Assembly (NCBI GenBank): GCA_017853315.1
Contig: JAFMJW010000004.1
Location: 3,008-67,007, forward strand
Length of the DNA stretch: 64,000 nucleotides
Direction: 5' to 3'
Source: Alphaproteobacteria bacterium
Lineage (GTDB): Bacteria > Desulfobacterota > Binatia > UBA12015
Under the pieces are notes generated by a model. The model was not told the DNA's origin. It saw nothing but the letters and a program-made list of their open reading frames with translations, and made no database searches. The position numbers and the translations under genes are program-made. This document shows, in pieces, positions 49,631 through 62,252 of this stretch (its first letter is position 1; each line of letters starts with the position of its first letter).

Positions 49631-50563
49631 TCAGTCCCTCAGCTCCTTGCCGGTCAGCTCGATGAAGACCGTCTCGAGCGAGACCGGGCTCACGCCGACC
49701 TGGACGATCGGCTGGTCGAGGATCCCCTGGCCGCAGATCCGGGCGAGCAGCGGCTCCGCGCGGCGGGTGAAGAGCCGGACGATCGAGCCGTGCTGCTCGG
49801 CGCGCTCGACCTCGGGCATGCGTTCGAGCAGCGGGAGGCGTTCCGTCGGCCCGCCGAGCCGGAGCTCGACGACCTCGCTCGCCGACGAGCACGCGAGCAG
49901 CTCGGCGGTGGTGCCCAGCGCGACGAGCCGCCCCTCGTCCATGATCGCGATGCGGTCGCAGAGCTCCTCGGCCTCGGCGAGGTAGTGCGTCGTGTAGAGG
50001 ATCGTGATCCCCTGCGCGCGCAGGTTCCGCACCGCCTCGAAGACGTGCACCCGCGACTGCGGGTCGACGCCGACCGTCGGCTCGTCGAGGAGCACGAGCC
50101 GCGGCTCGCTCACGAGCGCGCAGCCGAGGTTCAGCCTCCTGCGCATGCCGCCGGAGTAGGTCTCGACGCGGTCGTCCCGGCGGGAGCCGAGTTCGACCGC
50201 CGCGAGCGCCCGCTCGATCCGCGCCGGCCGCTCCGAGCGCGGGACGCCGTAGATCCGCGCCCAGAAGTCCAGGTTCTCGGCCCCGGTCAGCGTCGGGTAG
50301 AGCGCCTCCTCCTGCGGGGCCACGTTCAGGAGCCGACGCGCCGCGTGGACGTCCTTCACGACGTGCTTGCCGAACACCCACGCGTCGCCCGAGGTCGGGC
50401 GGATGCGCGTCGAGATCATCGAGAGGGTCGTCGTCTTGCCGGCGCCGTTGGGCCCGAGCAGGCCGAAGATCTCGCCCTCCTGCACCTCCAGCGAGATCCC
50501 CCGCACGGCCTCGCGCTCGTCCCAGCTGCGGCGGAGGTCCTTCGTCACGACGGCCGGCGGCAT
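49631..50563 (-). CDS. ABC transporter ATP-binding protein (ABC-2 family)
   Basis: GPNGAGKTT, YSGGMRRRLNLGCAL, LLDEPTVGVD. Confidence 0.9.
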   Translation of the reverse strand: MPPAVVTKDLRRSWDEREAVRGISLEVQEGEIFGLLGPNGAGKTTTLSMISTRIRPTSGDAWVFGKHVVKDVHAARRLLNVAPQEEALYPTLTGAENLDFWARIYGVPRSERPARIERALAAVELGSRRDDRVETYSGGMRRRLNLGCALVSEPRLVLLDEPTVGVDPQSRVHVFEAVRNLRAQGITILYTTHYLAEAEELCDRIAIMDEGRLVALGTTAELLACSSASEVVELRLGGPTERLPLLERMPEVERAEQHGSIVRLFTRRAEPLLARICGQGILDQPIVQVGVSPVSLETVFIELTGKELRD

Positions 50564-50638
50564 CCGCTCTCCTCGCTATCGGGCACGGCCCCGAGCGTCA
50601 ACGCGGACGACCGCGGGCGGCTCCGCCGCTCGGACCGG

Positions 50639-51931
<1,293 letters not shown>

Positions 51932-51938
51932 GCCGCCC

Positions 51939-53549
51939 TCAGAGGCGCAGCAGCGCCGCCGAGATGATCTCGGGAGCCTGCCGCAGCTCGGCGAGGACCT
52001 CGGCCGGCACCGGGTCGTCGACGTGGAAGAGCGAGACCGCCTGGCCGCCGCTGCGCTCGCGCCCGAGCTCGAGGGCCGAGATGTTCACCTGGTGGCGGCC
52101 GAGCAGCGTGCCGACGCGCCCGACGACGCCGGGGACGTCGCGGTTGTAGAGCGCGAGGATGTAGCCCTCGGGCACCGCCTCGAGGAAGAAGCCGTCGAGC
52201 TTCACGAGCCGCACCGTCGAGCGGCCGAAGACCGCCCCCGCGACCTCGTGGGTCGTGCCCGACGAGAACCGGACCCGCACCGCGATCCGGTTGCGGTAGT
52301 CGCTCGGCTGCATCGAGGTGGTCTCGGTGACGTGGATGCCGCGCTCCCGCGCGATCACCGGCGCGCTCACGTAGTTCAGGTCGGGGCCGAGCTGCGGCAC
52401 GAGCAGCCCGCGCAGGATCGCGGCGGTGATCGACTTCGTCGGCTGGTCGACGACCTCGCCGGTGTACTCGACCGCGACCTCGACCGGCGCGCCCGAGCAC
52501 GGCGGGTTGTCGACCGCGCAGAGCTGCCCCGCGAGCGCGCCCAGCTTCTCGCCGATCGCGAGGAAGGGGGCGATCACCTCCCGCTGCTCGGGGGTGAGCG
52601 CGGGCATGTTCACCGCGGCCGTGATCGCGCCGCGGGAGAGGAACGCGACCACCTGCTCCGCGATCGCGATCGCGACGTTCACCTGCGCCTCGTCGGTCGA
52701 GGCGCCGAGGTGCGGCGTGGCGACGACCTGCGGCAGGGCGACCAGCGGGTCGTCGGGCTTCGGCGGCTCCTCGGCGAAGACGTCGAGCGCCGCGCCGGCG
52801 ACGTGGCCGGAGCGGATCGCGTCGGCCAGCGCCTTCTCGTCCACGATGCCGCCGCGGGCGCAGTTCACGATGCGCACCCCGGGCTTCGTCTTCGCGAGCG
52901 CGGCCGCGTCGACCAGGTTCTTCGTCTCCGGCAGGAGCGGGACGTGGATCGTGATGAAGTCGGAGCGGGCGAAGAGCTCGTCGAGGCTGACGAGCTCGAC
53001 CGCGAGCGGCTTGGTCTGCTCGGTCACGAAGGGGTCGTAGGCGACGACCTTCATGTGGAGGCCGTTCGCGCGGTCGGCGACGACCCGGCCGATGTTGCCG
53101 AGGCCGACGACGCCGAGCGTCTTGCCCATGACTTCGCTGCCGACGAACTTCGAGCGCTCCCACTTGCCGGCGCGCAGCGACGCGTTGGCCTGCGGGATGT
53201 GCCGGGCCGACGCGAGCATCATCGAGATCGCGAGCTCCGCGGTGGTGACGTTGTTGCCGCCCGGCGTGTTCATGACGACGATGCCGCGGCGGGTGGCGGC
53301 CGGGACGTCGATGTTGTCGACCCCGATGCCGGCGCGCCCGATCACCTTGAGCCGCTTGCCGGCCGCGATCACCTCCTCGGTCACCTTGGTGCCGCTGCGG
53401 ACGACGAGCGCGTCGTAGTCGCCGATGATCGGGAGGATCTCCTCCTTCTTCAGCACGCCGCGCTCGTCGACCTCGATGCCCGGCGCGGAGCGCAGGATCG
53501 ACGCGGCCTCCGGGGCGAGCGCCTCCGATATCAGGACGCGATGGGCCAT
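51939..53549 (-). CDS. serA: D-3-phosphoglycerate dehydrogenase (with ASB/ACT C-terminal domains)
   Basis: GLGNIGRVVA NAD-binding motif and catalytic R/E/H context. 536 aa. Confidence 0.9.
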   Translation of the reverse strand: MAHRVLISEALAPEAASILRSAPGIEVDERGVLKKEEILPIIGDYDALVVRSGTKVTEEVIAAGKRLKVIGRAGIGVDNIDVPAATRRGIVVMNTPGGNNVTTAELAISMMLASARHIPQANASLRAGKWERSKFVGSEVMGKTLGVVGLGNIGRVVADRANGLHMKVVAYDPFVTEQTKPLAVELVSLDELFARSDFITIHVPLLPETKNLVDAAALAKTKPGVRIVNCARGGIVDEKALADAIRSGHVAGAALDVFAEEPPKPDDPLVALPQVVATPHLGASTDEAQVNVAIAIAEQVVAFLSRGAITAAVNMPALTPEQREVIAPFLAIGEKLGALAGQLCAVDNPPCSGAPVEVAVEYTGEVVDQPTKSITAAILRGLLVPQLGPDLNYVSAPVIARERGIHVTETTSMQPSDYRNRIAVRVRFSSGTTHEVAGAVFGRSTVRLVKLDGFFLEAVPEGYILALYNRDVPGVVGRVGTLLGRHQVNISALELGRERSGGQAVSLFHVDDPVPAEVLAELRQAPEIISAALLRL

Positions 53550-53571
53550 CGTGATCCTCCGCTTCCCGGGG

Positions 53572-54744
53572 TCAGGACTTCGCCGCGGCCGGGAGGGCCT
53601 CGGCGATGATCTTCTGCGCGGCGGCCGGGCCGCGTCCGAACTCGACGTCGACGCCGAAGCGCGAGAGCGCCATCTCGAGCGCCGACAGCATGACGAGCGT
53701 GTCGAAGTCGCCGGTGTAACCGAGGTGCGCGATGCGCAGCACGCGGCCCTTGAACTGGTCCTGCCCCCCCGCGACCTCCACGCCGAGCGTGTTGCGCAGG
53801 TACTTCTGGAGCTTGCCCCCGTCGACGCCCTCGGGGACGAAGACGCCGGTCACGGCCGGGCTCGGCGCGTCGGGCGCGACCAGCCGGAGCCCCATCGCGA
53901 GGGCCCCCGCGCGGGTCGCCCGCATGAGGCGGTCGCAGCGCGCGAAGATCGAGGGCAGCCCCTCCTCGAGCATCGAGCCGAGCGCCTGCGCGAGGCCGTA
54001 GATCAGGTTGATCGCGGGCGTGTAGGCGGTCGTGTTCTGGTGCAGGTTCGTCCGCTCGCGGCGCAGGTCGAGGTAGAAGCGCGGCAGCTTCGCCTTCTCC
54101 GCCGCGGCCCAGGCGCGGTCGGAGAGCGCGATGAACGCGAGACCCGGCGGCAGCATGAACGCCTTCTGCGAGCCCGAGACCAGCACGTCGATGCCCCAGC
54201 GGTCCATCGGCACGTCGGTCACGCCGACCGCGGTGATGCCGTCCACCATGAGCAGCGTGTCGCGCCCCCGGGTGATCTCGGCGATCTCGCGGACCGGGTG
54301 CATCACGGTCGTCGAAGTCTCGCTCGCCTGGACCAGCACGGCACGAGTCGAGGGCTTGCGGTCGAGAGCCGCGCGGATCGCGGCCGGGTCGACGGCGCGG
54401 CCCCACTCGACCGGGAGTTCCTCGACGTCGAGGCCGTAGGTCCGCGCCATCTTCATCCAGCGCTCGCCGAACTTGCCCCCGTTCACGCACAGCACCGGGT
54501 CGCCCGGGGAGAGCGTGTTCACGATCCCCGCCTCCATCGCGCCGGTTCCCGAGGACGCGAGCACGAGCACGTCGCCGGAGGTCTGGAAGACCTCCTTCAG
54601 CTGCTCGCGCACGCCCGCGACGACCTGCTCGAACTGCGGGGTGCGGTGGTGGATCGTCGGCGCCGCGATCCGCAGCAGGACTTCGGCCGGGACGGCCGTC
54701 GGACCGGGCGCCAGGAGGTAGTTCTTGAGCGGGCGAAAGGCCAT
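53572..54744 (-). CDS. serC: class V aminotransferase, phosphoserine aminotransferase-like
   Basis: LAPGPT N-terminus, PLP-lysine context SGSQKAF. Immediately upstream of serA. Confidence 0.75.
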   Translation of the reverse strand: MAFRPLKNYLLAPGPTAVPAEVLLRIAAPTIHHRTPQFEQVVAGVREQLKEVFQTSGDVLVLASSGTGAMEAGIVNTLSPGDPVLCVNGGKFGERWMKMARTYGLDVEELPVEWGRAVDPAAIRAALDRKPSTRAVLVQASETSTTVMHPVREIAEITRGRDTLLMVDGITAVGVTDVPMDRWGIDVLVSGSQKAFMLPPGLAFIALSDRAWAAAEKAKLPRFYLDLRRERTNLHQNTTAYTPAINLIYGLAQALGSMLEEGLPSIFARCDRLMRATRAGALAMGLRLVAPDAPSPAVTGVFVPEGVDGGKLQKYLRNTLGVEVAGGQDQFKGRVLRIAHLGYTGDFDTLVMLSALEMALSRFGVDVEFGRGPAAAQKIIAEALPAAAKS

Positions 54745-54892
54745 GACGCACGGCAACGTACCTGTGGGGCGACGGTTCGCAAACGGGAGGCGGGGCGCGC
54801 GCTCGCTCGGTCGCGCGGCACGCACCCCGCGCCTCGCGCAGGTCCACGGAATCGCTTTGACAACGAGGGCCGACGCCGTTACCCCGAACGTC

Positions 54893-56917
54893 GTGAGTGC
54901 CGGCTTCGCTCGCCTGCGGCGCGCGGCGCGCGCCGTCGCGGCGGCCCTCGCCGTCGCCTCCACGATCGTCGCTCCGGCCGCGGCCCAGACGTCGCTCGAC
55001 CCGGGCTCGACGGCGGTCGCACCCGGGGAGATCCCGGTCGGTTCCCGGGACACCCGCGCGCTCGCCGGAAGGCCGCTCGCGAGGCCGGCCGCCGTCGTAC
55101 CCGCGGGTGCGGGCGTCTCCGCGCAGGGTGATCCGGGAGCGCCCCCGGCCGACTGGAAGGATCCCCTCCCCTACCCGGCCGACCGCCCGAACGCGCCGAT
55201 CGACGACCGGATCCGCAAGGCGATCACGAGCGGGGCGGCCGGCCGAGGCCCGGCCCGCTCGTCGGCCTCGTTCAGCGGGCCGGTCACCGGGCCCGGCATG
55301 AACGCCGGGCCGCACTGGACGAAACCCGCGGTCCCGACCTGGGGCAAGGCGTGGCGCGAGCAGCTCTCGCCCCCCGCCGGGCCGCCCCCGCTTCCGGACA
55401 TGCCGCCGATCGGCCAGGCGTCGGCGCGACTCACCCTGCGCGAGGCGATCGCGGCGGCGCTCCAGAACAACCCCGAGCTCATCGCGCAGTCGCTGCTGCC
55501 GATCGTGCAGGAGACGAACATCCTGGAGGCCGAGTCCTTCTTCGACCCGATCACCGGGGCGGAGACGAACTACGACAAGCGCGTCACCCCGGCGACCAAC
55601 GCCCTCGCGGGCGCCGAGACCCTGAGCCTCTCGAACTTCAACTGGAACTTCTTCGCGCGCAAGAACCTCGCGACCGGCGCCACCGTCCGGGTCGACTTCC
55701 TGAACAACCGCTTCATCACGAACTCCGACTTCCAGGGACTCGTACCGCAGTACCGGCCGGAGCCGACGATCACCCTGAACCAGCCGCTGCTGCGCGGCTT
55801 CGGCCTGTACTTCACGCGGATGCGGATCTCGCTCGCCGAGACCGCCACCGACGCCGCGGTCGAGGACTACAAGACCGCGGTCGCGAACTTCATCACCCGG
55901 GTGGTCACGGCCTACTGGCGCGTCGTGCTCACGAACGACCAGCTCGAGGTGAAGCGCGACGCGCTCGAGCTCGCACGCCAGACGGTGAGCGACAACCGCA
56001 CCCGCGTCGAGGTGGGAGTCCTGCCGCCGGTCGCCGTGAAGGAGAGCGAAGCCGAGGCCGCGCGCCGGGAGGCCGAGGTCATCGTCGCGGAGAACGCGCT
56101 CTTCCAGGCGAGCCGGGTCCTGCAGCAGCTGGTCTACCTGCCGGGCTTCAACGACTGGCTGCCCCGGCCGATCGAGCCGGTCGAGCGGCCCTCCTCCGAG
56201 GGCATCCGGTTCGACGCCGACCGCATCCTGCACGCCGCGGTGGCCGAACGCAGCGAGATCCGCGCCGCGCGCCTGAACGTCGAGGCCAACGAGATGAACG
56301 TGGCGCTGGCCGACAACCAGCTCATGCCGAAGCTCGACGCGTTCGGATCCTACGGGGTGAACTCGCTGTCCGGTGACCCGACCCGGGCGACCGACCCGCT
56401 CAACTTCCGGAGCATCTACGGCGGCACCTACGGCGACGCGCTCGGCCGGCTGATCTCCAACAACTTCTACTCCTACGGCGGCGGCGTCCGCCTCGAGATC
56501 CCGATCGGGAACTCCGCGGCGATCGCCCAGGCCGAGCGCAGCCGGGTCCAGCGTTCGCGGGCCTCGGCCCTCTACCGCCAGCGCGTCTCCGAGGTCACCC
56601 TCGACGTCGGACAGTCGCTCGGCGACGTGGCGTCCAACATGAAGCGCGTCGAGGCCACCCGCGTCGCACGCGAACTCGCCGAGGAGAATCTCCGCAACCA
56701 GACCCGCCGCTACGAGGTCGGGATGGTGACGACGACCGACCTGCTCAAGTTCCAGAACGAGGTCACGAACGCCCGCCTGAACGAGAACCAGGCGCTCATC
56801 GACTACAACGACTCGCTGACGCAGCTCGAGCGCGCGCAGGGCTCGCTCCTGCGCAAGTTCAACGTCGACGTCGAGCCGCGCCAGCCGACGAAGACCCCGT
56901 GGTGGGCGCTGTTCTGA
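54893..56917 (+). CDS. TolC-family outer membrane efflux protein
   Basis: Signal peptide AALAVASTIVAPAAAQT, a Pro-rich linker, then OEP repeats. First gene of an OMP-ATPase-permease operon. The start could be an upstream ATG at 54725. Confidence 0.7.
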   Translation: MSAGFARLRRAARAVAAALAVASTIVAPAAAQTSLDPGSTAVAPGEIPVGSRDTRALAGRPLARPAAVVPAGAGVSAQGDPGAPPADWKDPLPYPADRPNAPIDDRIRKAITSGAAGRGPARSSASFSGPVTGPGMNAGPHWTKPAVPTWGKAWREQLSPPAGPPPLPDMPPIGQASARLTLREAIAAALQNNPELIAQSLLPIVQETNILEAESFFDPITGAETNYDKRVTPATNALAGAETLSLSNFNWNFFARKNLATGATVRVDFLNNRFITNSDFQGLVPQYRPEPTITLNQPLLRGFGLYFTRMRISLAETATDAAVEDYKTAVANFITRVVTAYWRVVLTNDQLEVKRDALELARQTVSDNRTRVEVGVLPPVAVKESEAEAARREAEVIVAENALFQASRVLQQLVYLPGFNDWLPRPIEPVERPSSEGIRFDADRILHAAVAERSEIRAARLNVEANEMNVALADNQLMPKLDAFGSYGVNSLSGDPTRATDPLNFRSIYGGTYGDALGRLISNNFYSYGGGVRLEIPIGNSAAIAQAERSRVQRSRASALYRQRVSEVTLDVGQSLGDVASNMKRVEATRVARELAEENLRNQTRRYEVGMVTTTDLLKFQNEVTNARLNENQALIDYNDSLTQLERAQGSLLRKFNVDVEPRQPTKTPWWALF

Positions 56918-57882
56918 GCGGCCGGGAGACCGGCGGCGCGGACGACGCCGCCGTCGAGACGATCGGGCTCTCGCGTCGCTTCGGCGACCTCGACGCGGTG
57001 GCGGGTCTCGACCTGCGCGTCGAACGGGGGCAGATCTTCGGCTTTCTCGGGCCCAACGGCGCGGGAAAGACGACGACCATCAAGATGCTCTGCGGACTGC
57101 TCGAGCCGACCGGCGGCTCGGCGCGGGTCGCCGGCTGCGACATCCGGCGCGAGCGCGACGCGATCAAGCGCGCGACCGGCTACATGGCGCAGACCTTCTC
57201 GCTCTACCCCGACCTCACCTCGGAGGAGAACTTCCGCTTCTTCGGCGGCGTCTACGGGATCCAGGGGCGGGAGGCCGACCGGCGGCTCGCGGAGGTCTTC
57301 TCGCAGCTCGACATCGACGAGATCCGGCGAACGGAGGCCGGCGCCCTCTCCGGCGGCTGGAAGCAGCGCCTCGCGCTCGCGTGCGCGCTCGTGCACTCGC
57401 CCCGCCTGCTCTTCCTCGACGAGCCGACCGCGGGCGTCGACCCGAGCCAGCGCCAGCGCATGTGGGACTTCCTCTACGAGCTCTGCGAGGGCGGCACCTC
57501 GCTCTTCGTCACGACGCACTACCTCGACGAGGCCGAGCGCTGCCATTCCGTCGGCTTCATGCTCGGCGGTCGCCTGATCGCGCAGGGGCCGCCCGCGAAG
57601 CTGCGCGAGCGGTTGCGCCAGCGCCTGGTCGGCGCGGAGGTGCAGCGGGTCGTCGAGGCGACGCGCGCGCTGCGCGGCCTGCCGGGCGTCTCCGACGTGA
57701 CGATCCACGGCCACGAACTGCGCGTGCTGTTCGAGGAGCCGGTCGACTGGGAGGCCGCGGCCGAGCGCCTGCACCAGGTCGCGGAGGGCGCGGGAGCGCC
57801 GCTGCGGCGGGTCTACCCGCTCGAGCCGACGCTCGAGGACCTGTTCATCGGCTACGCGCGCGGGCACGCGACGGCGGCGTGA
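56899..57882 (+). CDS. ABC transporter ATP-binding protein (ABC-2 family)
   Basis: GPNGAGKTTTIK, LSGGWKQRLALACAL, LFLDEPTAGVD. Confidence 0.85.
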   Translation: MVGAVLSGRETGGADDAAVETIGLSRRFGDLDAVAGLDLRVERGQIFGFLGPNGAGKTTTIKMLCGLLEPTGGSARVAGCDIRRERDAIKRATGYMAQTFSLYPDLTSEENFRFFGGVYGIQGREADRRLAEVFSQLDIDEIRRTEAGALSGGWKQRLALACALVHSPRLLFLDEPTAGVDPSQRQRMWDFLYELCEGGTSLFVTTHYLDEAERCHSVGFMLGGRLIAQGPPAKLRERLRQRLVGAEVQRVVEATRALRGLPGVSDVTIHGHELRVLFEEPVDWEAAAERLHQVAEGAGAPLRRVYPLEPTLEDLFIGYARGHATAA

Positions 57883-59042
57883 TGCGCAACGTCTACCACC
57901 TCGCCCTGAAGGAGTTCCTGCACCTGTGGCGGGACCGGCGGACGTTGGTCTTCCTGCTTCTCATGCCGTCGATCATGACCGTGCTCTTCGGCTACGCGAT
58001 CGGGAACCCGAAGGTGACGGCGCTGCGCACCCGGGTGCTCGACCGCGACGGCGGGCGCATCGGCAGCGAGTACGTCGAGGCGATCGAGGGATCCCTCACC
58101 TTCAAGCCCGACGTCGTCCCCGACGCGACCGAGGCCGACGTCGCGCGCGCCGAGGAGGACCTGCGCACCGACCGCATCGCCGCCTTCGTCGTGCTGCCCG
58201 ACGGGCTCACCCGCGACGCCGACCAGGGCCGGCCCGCGAAGGTGCGGGTCGTGGTCGACGCCTCGGACACCTTCGCCGCGCCCGCCATCCTGCGCGAGCT
58301 CGCCTCGACCACGGTGCAGCAGAACTCCTTCCTCGCGGCGAACCTCCGCGTGCGCGACGGCAAGGCGCGCACCACCGAGGACGGGCTCCACCAGGTCGCG
58401 CCGATCGAGCTCGCGCACGAGCTCCGCTACAACCCGGACCTGAAGACGCAGAACTTCGTCATGCCGGGCGTGATCGGCCTGATCCTCCAGCTCCTCACGG
58501 TCATCGTCATGTCGACGTCGATCGCGCGCGAGCGCGAGCGCGGCACGATGGACCAGCTCGCCGTGACCCCGCTCACCCCGGCCGAGATCTTCGTCGGCAA
58601 GCTGCTGCCCTACTTCCTGATCTCGCTCGTCGTGACGGTGAACGTCATGCTGCTCGCGTGGTGGCTCTTCGGCGTCTCGCTCTCGGGCCACCTGTCGGTG
58701 GTCGCGGCGCTCGTCGTGTCGTTCGTCCTGGGCTCGCTCGGGGTCGGGCAGGTGATCTCGATCGTGTCGCGCAACCAGAGCCAGGCGGTGCAGCTCGCGG
58801 TCTTCTTCATCCTTCCGGCTTTCGTCCTCTCCGGCGCCTTCACGCCGATCGAGACCCAGCCCGAGGCGGTGCGGCCGATCGCCTACCTCTTTCCGCTGAC
58901 CTACTTCTGCCGCGGCTTCCGGGCGGCGCTGCTGCGCCAGGCGACGCTGTACGACCTGCGGGTCGACCTGGCGGCGATGGGGCTCTTCGTGCTCGTCGCC
59001 TTCGGCGCCTCGGTGCTGCTGCTGCGCTCGCGCCGGGACTGA
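57882..59042 (+). CDS. ABC-2 type transporter permease
   Basis: ABC-2 six-TM pattern. ATG overlaps the ATPase stop (TGATG). Confidence 0.8.
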   Translation: MRNVYHLALKEFLHLWRDRRTLVFLLLMPSIMTVLFGYAIGNPKVTALRTRVLDRDGGRIGSEYVEAIEGSLTFKPDVVPDATEADVARAEEDLRTDRIAAFVVLPDGLTRDADQGRPAKVRVVVDASDTFAAPAILRELASTTVQQNSFLAANLRVRDGKARTTEDGLHQVAPIELAHELRYNPDLKTQNFVMPGVIGLILQLLTVIVMSTSIARERERGTMDQLAVTPLTPAEIFVGKLLPYFLISLVVTVNVMLLAWWLFGVSLSGHLSVVAALVVSFVLGSLGVGQVISIVSRNQSQAVQLAVFFILPAFVLSGAFTPIETQPEAVRPIAYLFPLTYFCRGFRAALLRQATLYDLRVDLAAMGLFVLVAFGASVLLLRSRRD

Positions 59043-59168
59043 CGCCGAGTCCGGCTCCCCGCCGGCCGGGAGCGGGGCTCCGCGTGCGGCTCGAACGGCC
59101 GCGCCGAAGGCCCTCGCGACGGCGCGCGCGGCATGCACCCGTCCCGGGAGCGGGGACGCCGCGCGGCG

Positions 59169-59723
59169 TCAGCCGCGCTTGGGGCCGTTGATGAGCGTCA
59201 TGAACTCGTCGCGGGTCGCCTGGTGGTCGCGGAAGACGCCCAGCATGGCACTCGTCGACACGTACGAGTTCTGCTTCTCGACCCCGCGCATCCTCATGCA
59301 GAGGTGCTCGCCCTCGACGACGACGGCCACTCCCTCGGGGCGCAGCACGTCCATCAGCAGATCGGCGACCTGCCGCGTCAGGCGCTCCTGCACCTGCAGC
59401 CGGCGGGAGAACACGTCGACGATGCGCGCGAGCTTCGAGATCCCGACGATCTTCCCCTTCGGGATGTACGCGATGTGCGCCTTGCCGAAGAACGGCAGCA
59501 TGTGGTGCTCGCACATCGAGTAGAAGTCGATGTCCTTCATCACGATCATCTCGGAGTAGTCCTCGGTGAAGAGGGCTCCCCGGACGATCGCCTCGGGATC
59601 CTGGGAGTAGCCGCGGGTCATCTCGCGCATGGCGCGGGCGACGCGGTCGGGGGTCTTCAGGAGCCCCTCGCGCGCCGGGTCCTCCCCGAGCGCCTCGAGC
59701 ATGGCACGGACGTGGACTTCCAT
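59169..59723 (-). CDS. folE: GTP cyclohydrolase I
   Basis: [12 protein letters not shown] and the zinc ligands CEHH...C. Confidence 0.9.
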   Translation of the reverse strand: MEVHVRAMLEALGEDPAREGLLKTPDRVARAMREMTRGYSQDPEAIVRGALFTEDYSEMIVMKDIDFYSMCEHHMLPFFGKAHIAYIPKGKIVGISKLARIVDVFSRRLQVQERLTRQVADLLMDVLRPEGVAVVVEGEHLCMRMRGVEKQNSYVSTSAMLGVFRDHQATRDEFMTLINGPKRG

Positions 59724-59734
59724 GTTGCGGCCTC

Positions 59735-60856
59735 CTACTTCGCGGGCCGCTTCTCGACCTGCTTCACCTTCTGGTAGCGCCGGTAGTCGTAGCCGGTCGC
59801 CATCGCGAGCAGCATCGGCTCCATCCCGCCGTCGCGCTCGCGGCGGAGCACGCACAGGCGGTCGAGGTGGTCCTTGAAGCCCCGCACGGCGGCCCGCTGC
59901 TCCTCGGAGTCCGGCCCGTCGAGCACGGGGGCCTCCTCGACGCGGCCCTCGGTGATCGCGGCCAGCCCGCGCTGGGCGCCCGGCATGGCCATGACCTGGG
60001 CGAGACGCGCGACGGTGAGGCGGAGCGCGGAGAAGCGGAGTTCGTTCGGGAAGGCATCCCACTCGGCGAGCGAGAGGGTCCGCGTCGACTCGTAGCCGGC
60101 GATGAGCGCCTCGAAGCGCTTCAGCTCGTACTTGCCGTCGACGAAGCAGAACGCGTTCACCGCCGTCGCGACGTCGAAGATGAAGCGGCCCCGGAATCCC
60201 ATCTCGAAGTCGAGGATGCCGACGACCTTGTCGCCTTTCAGCAGCAGGCTGCCGGCGTTCAGCTCGCCGTGGATCACGCCCCGCGGCAACTTCGTCTCGA
60301 GGTAGTTGCCGAGGTACTCGATCTCCTCGTCGAGCGTGCGGACGATCTTCTTGAAGTAGGAAGGCAGCCCGTGGCGCGCCTCGGACCAGGTCGCTGCGAT
60401 GCTCTCGAAGCCGAAGCGGTTGTCGACGCCCTTCTTGTAGCCCTTCCCGATGACGTGGAGCTCGCCGAGTACGCGGCCGATGTCCTCGATCTGCGTGTTC
60501 GTGAGCCGGACCGCGTCGACCTGTCGGCCGTCGATGTGCTTGAACGCGATCAGGCTCTGGCCCGCGTAGTCGCGGTAGAGGCGGCTCTTGCGGTCGGCGA
60601 TCGGCTGCGGGCACGGAAAATCGTGTTTGCGCAGGAAGAGCAGGAGGTCGACCTCGCGCTTGAGCTCGATCTCCCCCCGGCCCCCGTCGAAGCGCAGGAT
60701 CGACTTGCCCCGGCCGGCTTCGAGGAGGATGTGCCTCGTCGAGCGCGGCTGGCGGCACCAGGCGGGCGGCGCGGGCGCCACGGCGGCGAGTTTGCCGAGA
60801 CCGTAGTCCTCGGCGATTTCCGCGATCGCCCTGCGATCGAGTGCAGCGTCGGTCAT
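59735..60856 (-). CDS. phosphotransferase-family protein (homoserine kinase type II / APH-like)
   Basis: Kinase-like [10 protein letters not shown] (HGD-type catalytic loop) and ILDFE (DFG-like). Confidence 0.55.
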   Translation of the reverse strand: MTDAALDRRAIAEIAEDYGLGKLAAVAPAPPAWCRQPRSTRHILLEAGRGKSILRFDGGRGEIELKREVDLLLFLRKHDFPCPQPIADRKSRLYRDYAGQSLIAFKHIDGRQVDAVRLTNTQIEDIGRVLGELHVIGKGYKKGVDNRFGFESIAATWSEARHGLPSYFKKIVRTLDEEIEYLGNYLETKLPRGVIHGELNAGSLLLKGDKVVGILDFEMGFRGRFIFDVATAVNAFCFVDGKYELKRFEALIAGYESTRTLSLAEWDAFPNELRFSALRLTVARLAQVMAMPGAQRGLAAITEGRVEEAPVLDGPDSEEQRAAVRGFKDHLDRLCVLRRERDGGMEPMLLAMATGYDYRRYQKVKQVEKRPAK

Positions 60857-60998
60857 CGAGTGGAGCTTCTTCCGCGGATCCGGACGTCGGATCCGGCGCC
60901 GGACCGCACGAGGCGGACCGCCCGGGAGACCGTCTCTTATGCCGGCGGGGGGCCCACGTCAACGATTTCGGGAGCGAACGTCGTTCCGGAGCGCCGCG

Positions 60999-62156
<1,158 letters not shown>

Positions 62157-62252
62157 GACGTCGGCGCTACCACGGGGGAATCGCTGCGGCCAACGACGAG
62201 CCGCACGCGCCGCGAGGGACGCGCGGCCGGGATTCCGCGCCGAGCGCGCGCG